Both the position numbers and the translations under genes were made by a program. A DNA stretch of 55,300 bases from positions 1-55,300 of IMG/VR virus record IMGVR_UViG_3300014501_000022. One strand, written 5' to 3'. Source of the stretch: a virus (lineage: Duplodnaviria; Caudoviricetes). This document shows positions 29,238-38,893 of the stretch, piece after piece; positions within the stretch are counted from its first letter, which is position 1, and the number at the start of each line of letters is the position of its first letter. The notes under the pieces are model-generated. The model was not told the origin of the DNA. It saw only the letters and a list, made by a program, of their open reading frames with translations, and did not search any database.

Positions 29238-29851
29238 TGCCGAAGAAAACTAAAGCTATTAAGAAGGAAGAAGTAGATCAGAAGCAATTAGCAGTCGTAC
29301 CTCCTAAGGCGCTTGCTACAAAGAAGGGCGACTTCGTAATCAAGAATAATTTACTGACCATACGTTATTGGTCACAGTCGTATACGACTTCTCTGTTTGA
29401 TAAGAACGTACAAGCGTATACACTAGTCTGTCAGTACCCGCTGTCCAATTTTAACTTAGACATCCTAAAGGATTTTGGTTCAGCCCAGCTTTATATAGAC
29501 GTCAACGAGAAAGTATACGTTGCACGTGTATCTCAATTCATAGCGAATGTGTCTCCCGAATCGGTTGTTATGCAGCTCACGCTATCGAATCTACGCTTAA
29601 AGGCAGCTTGGGATCTTGAATTTAATACCCCATCTGTCATATACGAACAAATTTTGGCCGAGAAGACATTCTTTAAAGTAGGTGGAAAGAAGCTAGAAGA
29701 TTATGTTAAGCCATTAGGTTTAACGAGAAAGCTAACGGAAACAGACCAGGCACTCCGTCGCCGTACTCTAGAGTATCTTAATTACAAGATGGGCGATACT
29801 GTAGATACCATTAGCGCAGAGGAGATGCGTAGGCTACGGGGAGAAAAGTAA
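29237..29851 (+). CDS. hypothetical protein
   Basis: 204 aa, TAATG coupling on both sides. Confidence 0.65.
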   Translation: MPKKTKAIKKEEVDQKQLAVVPPKALATKKGDFVIKNNLLTIRYWSQSYTTSLFDKNVQAYTLVCQYPLSNFNLDILKDFGSAQLYIDVNEKVYVARVSQFIANVSPESVVMQLTLSNLRLKAAWDLEFNTPSVIYEQILAEKTFFKVGGKKLEDYVKPLGLTRKLTETDQALRRRTLEYLNYKMGDTVDTISAEEMRRLRGEK

Positions 29852-30270
29852 TGCTAGACGCGAATCTTAAAAGACTCTTAACTTTGTTTGCAGATGCAAA
29901 GCCTCATTCGTTCTTTGAGACCTGCATCCTAGGGTCTATTATGTTAAAGACCAATCAGAGAAAGCTAGAGAAAGTATTTAAGAGCCGCTTGCTAGCTAAT
30001 GGCCTAGTCCGCCGTATGTGGCAATCTTGGGACCCTCGCTTAGATTTTTATGAGTTAACCCGCAAGGGAGACGAGTGCTTTAGAGATATTCAGCTGCAAG
30101 CTTTGCGTCGCGCAAGAAGAATTAATGATAAGGACAACGAAGAAGCCCAGAGACACTACAGATATTTTAATAGAGAAATAGAAGGTAAGTACGGTGTGAA
30201 GGGTATGAGTAAGGAAATTTCCGAGAAGTCGGCAAACCTTATGGAGAAATACCCTCACCTGTATGAGTAA
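29851..30270 (+). CDS. winged-helix-like hypothetical protein
   Basis: LLANGLVRR...FYELTRKG wing motif. Confidence 0.55.
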   Translation: MLDANLKRLLTLFADAKPHSFFETCILGSIMLKTNQRKLEKVFKSRLLANGLVRRMWQSWDPRLDFYELTRKGDECFRDIQLQALRRARRINDKDNEEAQRHYRYFNREIEGKYGVKGMSKEISEKSANLMEKYPHLYE

Positions 30271-30580
30271 GTGTACTGAAAGATCCCATTACGATGGGGA
30301 TGGCGATAAATCGTTTTACGTGTGTTCCATATGTGAGTGTCCATTAGGAACGCACTGTTTTTATGTTCATTGCCCTTTATTAGAAGACGAACTAATTTGT
30401 ATTGACTGTTGTCAGAACGATGTACAGAAGGATGAAATCCTCAAGACGTTCAAAGAGTTAGGCGTAGAAACGACAAGAGAAAAGATAGAAGAGACTTGTA
30501 AGGGCTGTGGCAATAGATGTTTATTAACGGATCAAAACATTCCGCCAGACGAAGTAAAGGAAAGCCATGATAATAAATAG
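30263..30580 (+). CDS. Cys-rich zinc-binding protein
   Basis: CSICEC, HCP, CIDCC, CKGC. Confidence 0.6.
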   Translation: MSKCTERSHYDGDGDKSFYVCSICECPLGTHCFYVHCPLLEDELICIDCCQNDVQKDEILKTFKELGVETTREKIEETCKGCGNRCLLTDQNIPPDEVKESHDNK

Positions 30581-30806
30581 CATATTTGGAATCGTTGATG
30601 CTCGCATAGCTGCGATTGAATCTGACCAGAAGCAAGCATCGGTCATAGTACTTAACGCAAAGCTCTTTAAACAGATGCAGCAAGAGATGATGTTCCAAGA
30701 TATGTCTCAATCATATGGAAAGGTACGCTCTCCTTTCGATCTACAGGTCTATAGAGGGATAAAGGTTATACCCTCACAAGTTGTTGAGACAGTAGAGGTT
30801 TACTAA
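30567..30806 (+). CDS. hypothetical protein
   Basis: 79-aa coupled ORF. Confidence 0.6.
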   Translation: MIINSIFGIVDARIAAIESDQKQASVIVLNAKLFKQMQQEMMFQDMSQSYGKVRSPFDLQVYRGIKVIPSQVVETVEVY

Positions 30807-31039
30807 TGCCTACAGTAAAGTGCACGCGTTGCTACGTTCCTATCACTACTACATCGGAAATAAGTCCGAGCATGACTGCTTTCCTTTGTAACAACTGTGA
30901 TCTTAAATGGAAAGAAATAGCGAAGAAGATGAAGGGCCATTCCTACGACGACGATGTGCGCAAAGCGTTTATTCGCTTTGTCAACGATTTAACCAATCTA
31001 AGAAATACTACTTTAAGAGGACTTAACAATGTCAAATAA
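30806..31039 (+). CDS. zinc-ribbon protein
   Basis: CTRC...CNNC. Confidence 0.6.
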   Translation: MPTVKCTRCYVPITTTSEISPSMTAFLCNNCDLKWKEIAKKMKGHSYDDDVRKAFIRFVNDLTNLRNTTLRGLNNVK

Positions 31040-33149
31040 TGAAGATATCAATATCGGCGACATCCTACCCCCAAAGAAGGATGCTGCTGAGAAGTTCACA
31101 ACGGCGGAGACAAGAGTCCCAGGATTTCTTAAGCAGGCAGCTTACAGCCCTGATGAGACTCGCGAAGAGACCATCAAGAGAGACTGGGAGCGTTTGATCG
31201 TCGGGCTATCCGACTACGTTCTCGCGGAGCAGCTCACTGAGTATGAGCTACGGGGCATGGGGAAACCTGTAGCAGAGAACTACTCTATGTACTTCAATAC
31301 GACTCTTAAGGAAGTTAGAAAGAATCGTAAGAAGGGAGAACAGCGTCTGTTTAAATTTATTCCAGCACACAGTCAGCTTGATTGTGAAGCGTTCTTCGAA
31401 ACTGTTCATGAACAGAATGAGAAGGAGAAGGAAGCTCGTTTAAAAGCGATTGAACAGTATCCTCCTGCAGGCGTTGCGAAGATGGACTATAACGACGACG
31501 CACGCAAGGGGTTACAGAAGACCGCAGCCGCGTACTGTCAGACGTGTGGTAAGGATGCTAAGCCGGGAGATCCTGCTCACGACAAGCATACGGTAATTGA
31601 TCTACCCGCTGACCCCGATCCAAAAGAGGAAGCAGCTAAGCGTCAAAAGAGAATGGACGCACTAAAGAAAGAGGCCAGTGAGCCTTTCTGTTATTCCTGC
31701 AACAAGCGGCTAGCTTCAGAAGAGACTACTCTCCATGCTCGCAGGGGCCATAATATTATGGTAGAAGCGGTAGGTCCTCATACGAAGATGGACCCGAAGG
31801 AAGAAGAGGATCTTAAGAAGTCGCTAGAGAAGGTACTACCCGCTGCCGCACCTGCAGCGCCCGCCGCCGAGAAGGCACCCGCAGCAGAGCCAGCAAAGGA
31901 AGCGGTCTGGACCTCTCCTGACGCACAGCAAGGATCACAGACTAACCAAGAAGCAGCGGCATGCACCCATTGTAAGAATGATATCCCTGCGAAGAAAGGA
32001 TTAGTCCTACAGGACAAGCCTTACTGTATGCCTTGTCACGATGCGGGACACAGCACTCCCGCGAACGCAGCCTCTCCAGCAAAGCCTGCGCAGATGCCTC
32101 CAATGTCGACATCAACAGGTCCTATGACGAATCCTTTATTGCATAAGGAGGCTTCCGCCAAGTGGGAGAACGGAGCCCTGCTGAAAGCAAAACACAATGG
32201 GGTCGATGCTTGTATCGTCCATGTAAACAATGAAGACAAGACGTACGTCATCAAAGTAGAAGGCACAATGTACCCTAGCTACTACTCTTTTGATGACGCA
32301 CACGCTACGTTCAATGCTGTTAAGAAAACTGCCGCGGCCGTACCCGGAGCGGGAGCTGCCGGAGACGCTTCAGGTGTTTCAGGAAGCCCTGGCGGAGCAG
32401 TAACAGTCACGATCACTAACACTCACACAGACCACAACCCCGCAGAGACTAGCACGCGTACGGATCACAATCCCGCGAAGACAGGAGACTCTGGCGCTGG
32501 TGCCGATGCTGAAGTAGCTGCTCCAGTACCTGCAGCACCTGCAGCGGTAGCACCCGTAGTTGCCCCTGCACCTGCAGTAGCAGTAGTCCCTGCCGCTGAT
32601 GCTGACGCACCTGAGAAGGAGTCGGCCTTAGAAGATAAAGACGAGGATAAGGATAAGGATAAGGATAAGGATAAGCCCGCGGATAAGCCAGCAGCTAAAG
32701 CGGTAGCGCCCGCAGTCGTACCTGTACCCGCTAAAGCTGAAACGCCAACAGCACCTGCAGCGGTAGCACCCGTAGTTGCCCCTGCACCTGCCGCAGCTAA
32801 GCCCGCAGAGGTACCTGCCCCAGGCGCCGCAGTAGGAGCTGTACCTGCGCCTGACGCCAAGGGAGCTGGCGCAGCTGGCGACGCATCCGGTGTCTCTGGT
32901 TCACCGGGCGGAGCAGTCACCGTTACTATTACCAATACTCATACCGACCACAACCCTGCAGAAACGAGTACTCGTACAGATCATAATCCTGCAGAGACAG
33001 GTGATTCAGGAGCAGGAGCAGACGCAAAGGTTGCTCCAGCACCAGCTGCGCCGATGTCAGGCGGAGCGCATACACCTACCCCAATGCCTCCTGTCGCATT
33101 AGTTCCTGACGCCAAGGAAGCTAAGGAAAAGGGGAAAGGCTTAGCATAA
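31029..33149 (+). CDS. large modular protein with zinc fingers, Pro/Ala-rich linkers and a duplicated 55-aa block
   Basis: CQTC, CYSC and CTHC...CMPC modules; repeated KxA motifs; repeats at 32346 and 32862. Confidence 0.75.
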   Translation: MSNNEDINIGDILPPKKDAAEKFTTAETRVPGFLKQAAYSPDETREETIKRDWERLIVGLSDYVLAEQLTEYELRGMGKPVAENYSMYFNTTLKEVRKNRKKGEQRLFKFIPAHSQLDCEAFFETVHEQNEKEKEARLKAIEQYPPAGVAKMDYNDDARKGLQKTAAAYCQTCGKDAKPGDPAHDKHTVIDLPADPDPKEEAAKRQKRMDALKKEASEPFCYSCNKRLASEETTLHARRGHNIMVEAVGPHTKMDPKEEEDLKKSLEKVLPAAAPAAPAAEKAPAAEPAKEAVWTSPDAQQGSQTNQEAAACTHCKNDIPAKKGLVLQDKPYCMPCHDAGHSTPANAASPAKPAQMPPMSTSTGPMTNPLLHKEASAKWENGALLKAKHNGVDACIVHVNNEDKTYVIKVEGTMYPSYYSFDDAHATFNAVKKTAAAVPGAGAAGDASGVSGSPGGAVTVTITNTHTDHNPAETSTRTDHNPAKTGDSGAGADAEVAAPVPAAPAAVAPVVAPAPAVAVVPAADADAPEKESALEDKDEDKDKDKDKDKPADKPAAKAVAPAVVPVPAKAETPTAPAAVAPVVAPAPAAAKPAEVPAPGAAVGAVPAPDAKGAGAAGDASGVSGSPGGAVTVTITNTHTDHNPAETSTRTDHNPAETGDSGAGADAKVAPAPAAPMSGGAHTPTPMPPVALVPDAKEAKEKGKGLA
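32533..32791 (+). repeat. exact 43-bp direct repeat (32533-32575 and 32749-32791)
   Basis: CAGCACCTGCAGCGGTAGCACCCGTAGTTGCCCCTGCACCTGC occurs twice. Confidence 0.9.
32646..32675 (+). repeat. (GATAAG)5 coding microsatellite (DK repeat)
   Basis: Five tandem GATAAG units. Confidence 0.9.
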
Positions 33150-33150
33150 G

Positions 33151-33342
33151 ATGATACTTCTAATCAAGGCCCTATGGAAGGGTCTACTACTGTTGCTACG
33201 GCTTAGGGAGTTAGAACCTACGCCTGCACCAGTCGTTGTAGTAGAGCCTACCGTCATTACATCGCCGCCTACGCCGACGCCTAGCGTAGTAGTGCCTCTG
33301 GCGGCTAAGCGCAAGAAGCGAAAGAAGAAGAAGAAGCGTTAA
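33151..33342 (+). CDS. small protein with hydrophobic N-terminus, Pro-rich middle and polybasic tail
   Basis: MILLIKALWKGLLLLL...KRKKRKKKKKR. Confidence 0.55.
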   Translation: MILLIKALWKGLLLLLRLRELEPTPAPVVVVEPTVITSPPTPTPSVVVPLAAKRKKRKKKKKR

Positions 33343-33343
33343 C

Positions 33344-33760
33344 ATGATCACCAACATGCCTGAATATCAAAAGCAGTACTACGTCGAGAACAAAGAAAGA
33401 ATTAGTAAGTATAATTCTGTTCGCAATCGTACCTCAGAAGTAAAAACAAAAAGAAATGAGGCGGTTAAAGTACGCGCGCGAACAACTCCTCGTGGTCGCT
33501 TCAGTGTCATTAAAGGCAACGCTCGTTCGCGCGGCCGATCGTTCGATCTTACGTTCGAACAGTTTATGACCTTTTGGCAGAAGCCATGTATTGTCGGATG
33601 TAAGATCGAAACGATTGGACTAGATCGCATCGACAGCTCAAAGGGATATACGATAGATAATGTACGCCCAATGTGTTGGAAGCACAACAACATGAAGAAT
33701 AAGTTTTCAGACCAAGAGCTAATTGAGTTTGGGAAAGCATTGGATAGGCCATGTACGTAA
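33344..33760 (+). CDS. HNH-like (His-Me finger) endonuclease
   Basis: FDLTFEQF, PC, GLDRIDSSKGYTIDNVRPMC..HNNMK. Confidence 0.8.
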   Translation: MITNMPEYQKQYYVENKERISKYNSVRNRTSEVKTKRNEAVKVRARTTPRGRFSVIKGNARSRGRSFDLTFEQFMTFWQKPCIVGCKIETIGLDRIDSSKGYTIDNVRPMCWKHNNMKNKFSDQELIEFGKALDRPCT

Positions 33761-34419
33761 CGTATGGATCGAAAGATCTAAACCCTGACCCAGGTCCGCT
33801 ACCACCTCAGCAGCGATTCTTTTCCGATCGCGTGTGGTACGTACGGCAATTGGCTAAAGATGCCGGACAAGAGTTTGCTCTTATTACCGCGGAGTATGGA
33901 TTAGTCTTTGAACAGAACTTTATCCCTCCGGACAATTCAATCGTCGATATGGATAAAGTAGAAAGCCTAGGCAAGGAAACTGCCAAAGTCCTTAAGACGC
34001 ATGGTGCGAAAGATGTCGTCTTCTTTATCATCCCTGAAGAGTGGGGAGAAGGAGGAGCGGCAGATCGTTTCAACTTAGTCTTACAGTATGCATGCAATGC
34101 TGCAAACATTTCATATACAATGAAGCCTATCAAAGTACCTCTTGGACAACGTAATAAGGGAGAAGTGACTCCCGTACGTCCTGAGAATATACCGCCATTC
34201 GCACCCCAACTTGGAGGACCGTATTCAATGAATAAGAAAGCAGAGCCTACTACGTATCAATTGTCGGCTCAGGATGAAAATGGAATCTGGAAGCCAGTAC
34301 GCCAGTCCTCCTTCCTTCCTGACTTACAAATTAAAGCTCAATCGTTACTTAAAGAGTTCCCTGATAGAAAAGTATCTATCACAGCCGCTGTAGATTCTAA
34401 AACGGAATACCTTAGCTAA
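33751..34419 (+). CDS. DUF6884/YaaA-like domain protein
   Basis: YVTYGSK...FFSDRV...FALITAEYGLV resembles the ILSAxYGL motif; family call tentative. Confidence 0.5.
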   Translation: MYVTYGSKDLNPDPGPLPPQQRFFSDRVWYVRQLAKDAGQEFALITAEYGLVFEQNFIPPDNSIVDMDKVESLGKETAKVLKTHGAKDVVFFIIPEEWGEGGAADRFNLVLQYACNAANISYTMKPIKVPLGQRNKGEVTPVRPENIPPFAPQLGGPYSMNKKAEPTTYQLSAQDENGIWKPVRQSSFLPDLQIKAQSLLKEFPDRKVSITAAVDSKTEYLS

Positions 34420-37181
34420 TGGACGCAGCGGAAGCGAAAGCAGCCGCAGAGAAAGCAAGACCATTACTTAAGTCGCGTAATGATGCTCTAGCTTTAGTTC
34501 AGATCGGAGAGAATGTTACAGACATCTCCGACGCTAGACAGTTATGGGACAAATTCGGTAAGGCGGACTTTAATAAGTTTACTGAAGCAATCGCTGCGCT
34601 TAAGAAAGCTTTATTTAAAGAAAGAGATGAATATGGCATAGTCACCCCGTCGTGGGATCTAGAAAAGATTGATGCGGCGAAGAAAGCTTTTGATGAAGTA
34701 GCCGCGACTTTCCCAAGCGCATTACAAGCGGTCCTGCGTGTAAAGGTTCATCGCAATGATCCCGAAGCGAAGGTAGACAAGGCTGTCAGGGTGTACGAGA
34801 ACCATCTATTAGAGAAGAAAGAAACGCCCAAGCCTAAGGAAGTCAAAGAGCCAGCTCCCAAAGAAGACACAGGGGTTGTCCCTTACACTCCTCCGGAGCA
34901 GCCGAAGGGAAAGCCTATTACTGATAAGACAAAGTGGCCTACTAGTAAGAGTAGTCCTGGAGTAAAGAGACTACCTGCTCAGAAGAATCAAGAGGAATGG
35001 CTTAAGATGGCCCCGGCTATCTCTGAGATGCTACACTCACCTAACGGCGAAGGTAAGTCTTTAAGTGAAGATGATGTAGACAATATTTTAATTTATTTGG
35101 ATAATAACGACGCTTCCGAAGAAGAATTTTTAGCAGCAGCCCATAAGATCCTCCCTGAGTATTATGATGTTGAGAAGCTCGATAAAGAAATCAAAGAGCT
35201 TAAAGAGGATATGTCCGACAACGACAATAGCGCAAATGAGCTCGCGGAGCTTGAGCAGCAGCACAATCGCATTACTAAAATGGACGGTAACCTAAAGTTT
35301 ATTTATCAGCACTGGACACCCATGGAAACTAAATCAAATTTAATCAAGAACATTAATAGTAATCAGTTGACGCTCGGCGAAAGAAAGATTACTTTAATGA
35401 CGCCAGAGATAACCGCTTCTATCAAGTTCGCTTCTACCACAGAAGCTTGTGAGAAGTTTCTTGAGCTTAATACTGAAGCAGACGTAGAAGCTACGTTCAG
35501 TGTAGCAGCTCTACTCGCTTTGGAGAAAGAAGCTGCTGGTGGAATGGAATCTCTTATAAAGCCAGACACGAAGGGACCTAGCGCCGAGGAAGAGAAGCCG
35601 CTAGTCACTGCAATGGTTGAGTGGCTCAATGCTTCTAACATACAAGGTAGCGAAGCTGACGTTGAAAAGAAGGCAGCCGACTATCTAGCCTCGAAGGCTC
35701 CTGACTACGATGAAGCGAACGTTCAACGCGTTGCGCGTAAGGTTTACGCGGAGTGGACAGCCTCTAAGAAGGTTCCCGGAGCAGTTGGTCAGGAAGGTAA
35801 AGCAGGAATGGGGGTAGCTAACATTGATGGTACCGGCGTATTCGTCGAGCCTCAACGCGGCGATACCAACGTTCAGAATGAATCTCCTACAGGTGATCAA
35901 CGCGGTAACGTTAGAAAAGAAGCTATGCTCTCTTTCAGATCTTCTCTTGAAGGAGAAGTTAAAACCAGTGATGATCTTAATCTGTTCGCAACACTTGATG
36001 TAGTTAGTTTTGTAGAACACATTCCCGGGCATAAGAATTCAAAGGGCGAAGCTGCTCCGTGGGTAATCAAGAGCCACGAGACTCAGTCGATCCTATCTTC
36101 ACATGCAACAGAAGGAGAAGCAAAGAAGCATCTCCAACAGATGCATATGTTTAAATCAATGAAAGGAGCTTCTATGAATCCGGGTGACCTGGCCATACTA
36201 AATACACAAGTCGGCGAACTTCTAGAAGGCACCGAAGTAGAAGTTGTCGTCATCGCAGATGACTCCGCATCCTTTGTCTCTGGTACTACTTCTGGAATCA
36301 CCAAGCTAGCTAACCTAGATAAGGTCACTCTTGAGAAGTATCCTTGGGATAATGACGGACTCGCATTTAAATTTTGTTTAGGCGATAGAGTTAAGGTAGG
36401 TTCGATTGAACATAATGGAGAGTCTTGGAAAGGCGAAGAGGGAACTGTCCGGGAGAAAGTTGTTCTTGCTACTAACGGTGAAGTTGAGCGTTTCTATCTT
36501 GTTGAGCTTGATTGTGGTGGCAATGAAACATTACCTGAGGAATCATTAAGCAAGGCAGGGAAGAAGAAGGAAGCCGCATTGAATGCCGAAGAGCTGACCA
36601 AAGTCGCGGTTATCAAGCCTAACTTCGACGCTGTTCAAGAGTTCCTTAAGAGTTATGACAACCCGCCGTCCGTAGTTACGACTGACGATATCGAACATTG
36701 GATGGGCGACGAGAAGAACAATTATCAGTATTCAAAGAAAGATCTTAAAGAGTTTGTAAAGTATCTTGAGTCCGCTCACGTTGAAGTACGCGTCCCTGCT
36801 AAGAAGAAGGTACCAGAAGTACTTCCTGGTGAAGCAGGTGAGATGGGTAACACTGAAGCGGAAGAGGCAGCGGAGTTCGCGCCACCTAAAGAGATGCTGA
36901 AGGAAGCCGTCAAGTATAAGTCGATCAGCCCAGACGGTAAGTCTACTACTGAGAAGGATATAGAACAGGACATGGGCGCTGAGTTTGATACCGACGACCC
37001 AACGCAGCCTGGACAGAAAGTTAAGTGGACCCGTGAGAGTAGCCTCGACGTATGCTCCAAGTGCGCCGGACAAGGTAGTCTTCCGTGTCCTTGTATGGAC
37101 GGAGAGCTATGGTTATCTACTTCGTGCAACAAGTGTAAGGACGAAGGGTCTGTTCCTTGTAGTTGCAAACAACCCGCATAA
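34419..37181 (+). CDS. large modular protein (SH3-like modules, C-terminal CxxCxGxG zinc finger)
   Basis: FCLGDRVKV...GTV...YLVELD; WVIKSHE...EAKKHLQQMHMFK; CSKCAGQG...CNKCKDEG; several KEA motifs. Confidence 0.75.
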   Translation: MDAAEAKAAAEKARPLLKSRNDALALVQIGENVTDISDARQLWDKFGKADFNKFTEAIAALKKALFKERDEYGIVTPSWDLEKIDAAKKAFDEVAATFPSALQAVLRVKVHRNDPEAKVDKAVRVYENHLLEKKETPKPKEVKEPAPKEDTGVVPYTPPEQPKGKPITDKTKWPTSKSSPGVKRLPAQKNQEEWLKMAPAISEMLHSPNGEGKSLSEDDVDNILIYLDNNDASEEEFLAAAHKILPEYYDVEKLDKEIKELKEDMSDNDNSANELAELEQQHNRITKMDGNLKFIYQHWTPMETKSNLIKNINSNQLTLGERKITLMTPEITASIKFASTTEACEKFLELNTEADVEATFSVAALLALEKEAAGGMESLIKPDTKGPSAEEEKPLVTAMVEWLNASNIQGSEADVEKKAADYLASKAPDYDEANVQRVARKVYAEWTASKKVPGAVGQEGKAGMGVANIDGTGVFVEPQRGDTNVQNESPTGDQRGNVRKEAMLSFRSSLEGEVKTSDDLNLFATLDVVSFVEHIPGHKNSKGEAAPWVIKSHETQSILSSHATEGEAKKHLQQMHMFKSMKGASMNPGDLAILNTQVGELLEGTEVEVVVIADDSASFVSGTTSGITKLANLDKVTLEKYPWDNDGLAFKFCLGDRVKVGSIEHNGESWKGEEGTVREKVVLATNGEVERFYLVELDCGGNETLPEESLSKAGKKKEAALNAEELTKVAVIKPNFDAVQEFLKSYDNPPSVVTTDDIEHWMGDEKNNYQYSKKDLKEFVKYLESAHVEVRVPAKKKVPEVLPGEAGEMGNTEAEEAAEFAPPKEMLKEAVKYKSISPDGKSTTEKDIEQDMGAEFDTDDPTQPGQKVKWTRESSLDVCSKCAGQGSLPCPCMDGELWLSTSCNKCKDEGSVPCSCKQPA

Positions 37182-38855
37182 ATGAATTCACCTGAAGAAT
37201 ACATTAAAGAACAGATCAAGGGATATGATAAGACGATCCCTGGAGATGTCTTTTATGATATATGCACCGCGATAGCTCACCAGTATGATATGTCCCTGGA
37301 AGAGGCGACAGCGCTTTTCTATAAGAACGCAGGATCTCTTCAGGTAGGCGAAGTCCTTAACCGCGGCGTTGGAAAGAATAGAGTTTGGGAAGGGCAGAAT
37401 ACTGCCGTCAACTTTAGTAAGGGTAAGCCCGGCTTCTTAGCGGAACCAATGTCTTCTTTAAGAATCTCTGCCAAGGACTATGAACACGGCTCAAAGCATC
37501 CTCTCAATCCTGGAGAACTAATAGTTCCAGGGCTTAGAACTAACGCATACGGCGATTTATTCCAACTAGGAGAAGCTATCTTTGAAGATGAGCGGCTCGC
37601 TAAATATCCTAACAAGCCTTCAAGATTAACTTCTACGTTCATGTCTAGTGCTCCGACTGCAAAACAAGACTGGGATAACCCTCATTCTTATTCAGTTGAT
37701 CCTTCAAAAGCTAAAGTTCATGATGCTGACGCCGAGTGGATCGATGCTACCGAGCACGTTTTATTCGATGAACTTAGTACTGTTCGAGAAGAATATGGAA
37801 TGGCTGAAACACATCCAAATCGCAATGCTGTAAATTTTACTGATGATGCCGAACGCCAAAATTTTCTTAAAGCTTTTTGGGGCAGCGATATCGAAAAAGT
37901 AGTTAGAGGATACGCTGACCAGTATTGGGACGGAGTGTCTTCCGGCGGTTCTGAAGACTCTGACGATGAATTTGGTCCAGTAAGTCGCCCGGAATCTCTC
38001 GGTGAAGGTAAAGTATACGTCAAAGAAGAACCGGGTATGAAGAAGGTCGCCCATAAAGTAGGCGACGAAGTTCGCGTTAAGAAGAACGAACAAGCGCCTT
38101 GGGGTGCTGAGTATACAGGCGTTATCGAGAAGATAAACGAAGATAACACGCTTGACATTCGCGATATCGATACAGGAACGCTAAACACCTCACAACCTGC
38201 GAGACTCGTTGCTGTCCCAATGGGTGAAGGTCGACCGGACCTTCGCATTCAACAACGTCGCGTAGGCGACCCAAAAGGCATGGGAGAGAGTGCCGGTGAC
38301 GTAGGCGGCCACGAAGTAAAGCAAGACTACCCTAACGCTAACTGGGAACCCTCAGGACATGCAGGGCAAGAAGTTAAGAACCCTCAGAGCATGTTCTATA
38401 AAGAAGGGGATAAACTTCTTACATTTTTATTAACAAGCATCGCAAAAGAAAGTGGAGCAACATCTGCAACAGACGTAAAGAATTACCTTGACGGAAAAAT
38501 TTCTTCGCCGTCCCGAAGTCTGAAAGAGATCCTTCGCAAGTATAATATCGTAGCAGCTGCAGGAGACCCAATGTTGAATGTCGAAAAAGCCTTAGGCGAA
38601 GTTAAAGGCAAATCAGAGATTCAGATTAATACTGAAACAGCATGGACATGGGGTTCACGTGCTGCTGCTAGTTACAAGCTATCTAACGAGACGAACGATC
38701 CTAAAGAGAAAGAGAAGTGGGTTCGTCTTGGAGATGCTTATCGACACGAGTCATTAGAGCACGCATCACTAGTAGAAGACGAAGGTAAACTGGTGGGCGA
38801 AGTTTCTAGAGCTCTGGCACCTTTCCGAAAGCCCGCAGGTACCCCTGAAAAGTAA
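37182..38855 (+). CDS. modular protein with ADP-ribosyltransferase-like domain and SH3-like module
   Basis: HGSKHPLNPGELIVPG, EAIFEDERLAKYPNKPSRLTSTF, YWDG, RPESLGEG; HKVGDEVRV...TGVI. Confidence 0.65.
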   Translation: MNSPEEYIKEQIKGYDKTIPGDVFYDICTAIAHQYDMSLEEATALFYKNAGSLQVGEVLNRGVGKNRVWEGQNTAVNFSKGKPGFLAEPMSSLRISAKDYEHGSKHPLNPGELIVPGLRTNAYGDLFQLGEAIFEDERLAKYPNKPSRLTSTFMSSAPTAKQDWDNPHSYSVDPSKAKVHDADAEWIDATEHVLFDELSTVREEYGMAETHPNRNAVNFTDDAERQNFLKAFWGSDIEKVVRGYADQYWDGVSSGGSEDSDDEFGPVSRPESLGEGKVYVKEEPGMKKVAHKVGDEVRVKKNEQAPWGAEYTGVIEKINEDNTLDIRDIDTGTLNTSQPARLVAVPMGEGRPDLRIQQRRVGDPKGMGESAGDVGGHEVKQDYPNANWEPSGHAGQEVKNPQSMFYKEGDKLLTFLLTSIAKESGATSATDVKNYLDGKISSPSRSLKEILRKYNIVAAAGDPMLNVEKALGEVKGKSEIQINTETAWTWGSRAAASYKLSNETNDPKEKEKWVRLGDAYRHESLEHASLVEDEGKLVGEVSRALAPFRKPAGTPEK

Positions 38856-38893
38856 TCTGTTCGGAAAAGTGTATTATAGTAAAGAGAGGAAAA

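Larger units (their letters stand above)
32346..33026 (+). repeat. 55-codon duplication (32346-32510 and 32862-33026)
   Basis: 54 of 55 residues identical; by my codon comparison 39 synonymous and 1 non-synonymous differences. Confidence 0.9.

Noticed and set aside
32300-33050. CRISPR array or mobile-element repeats
   Set aside because: Repeats are in-frame coding duplications without regular repeat-spacer periodicity
32465-38248. Long antisense ORFs (e.g. 32465-32935, 36776-37219, 37718-38248)
   Set aside because: Shadows of + strand genes; Ser/Phe-rich or mirror low-complexity translation with no recognisable motifs
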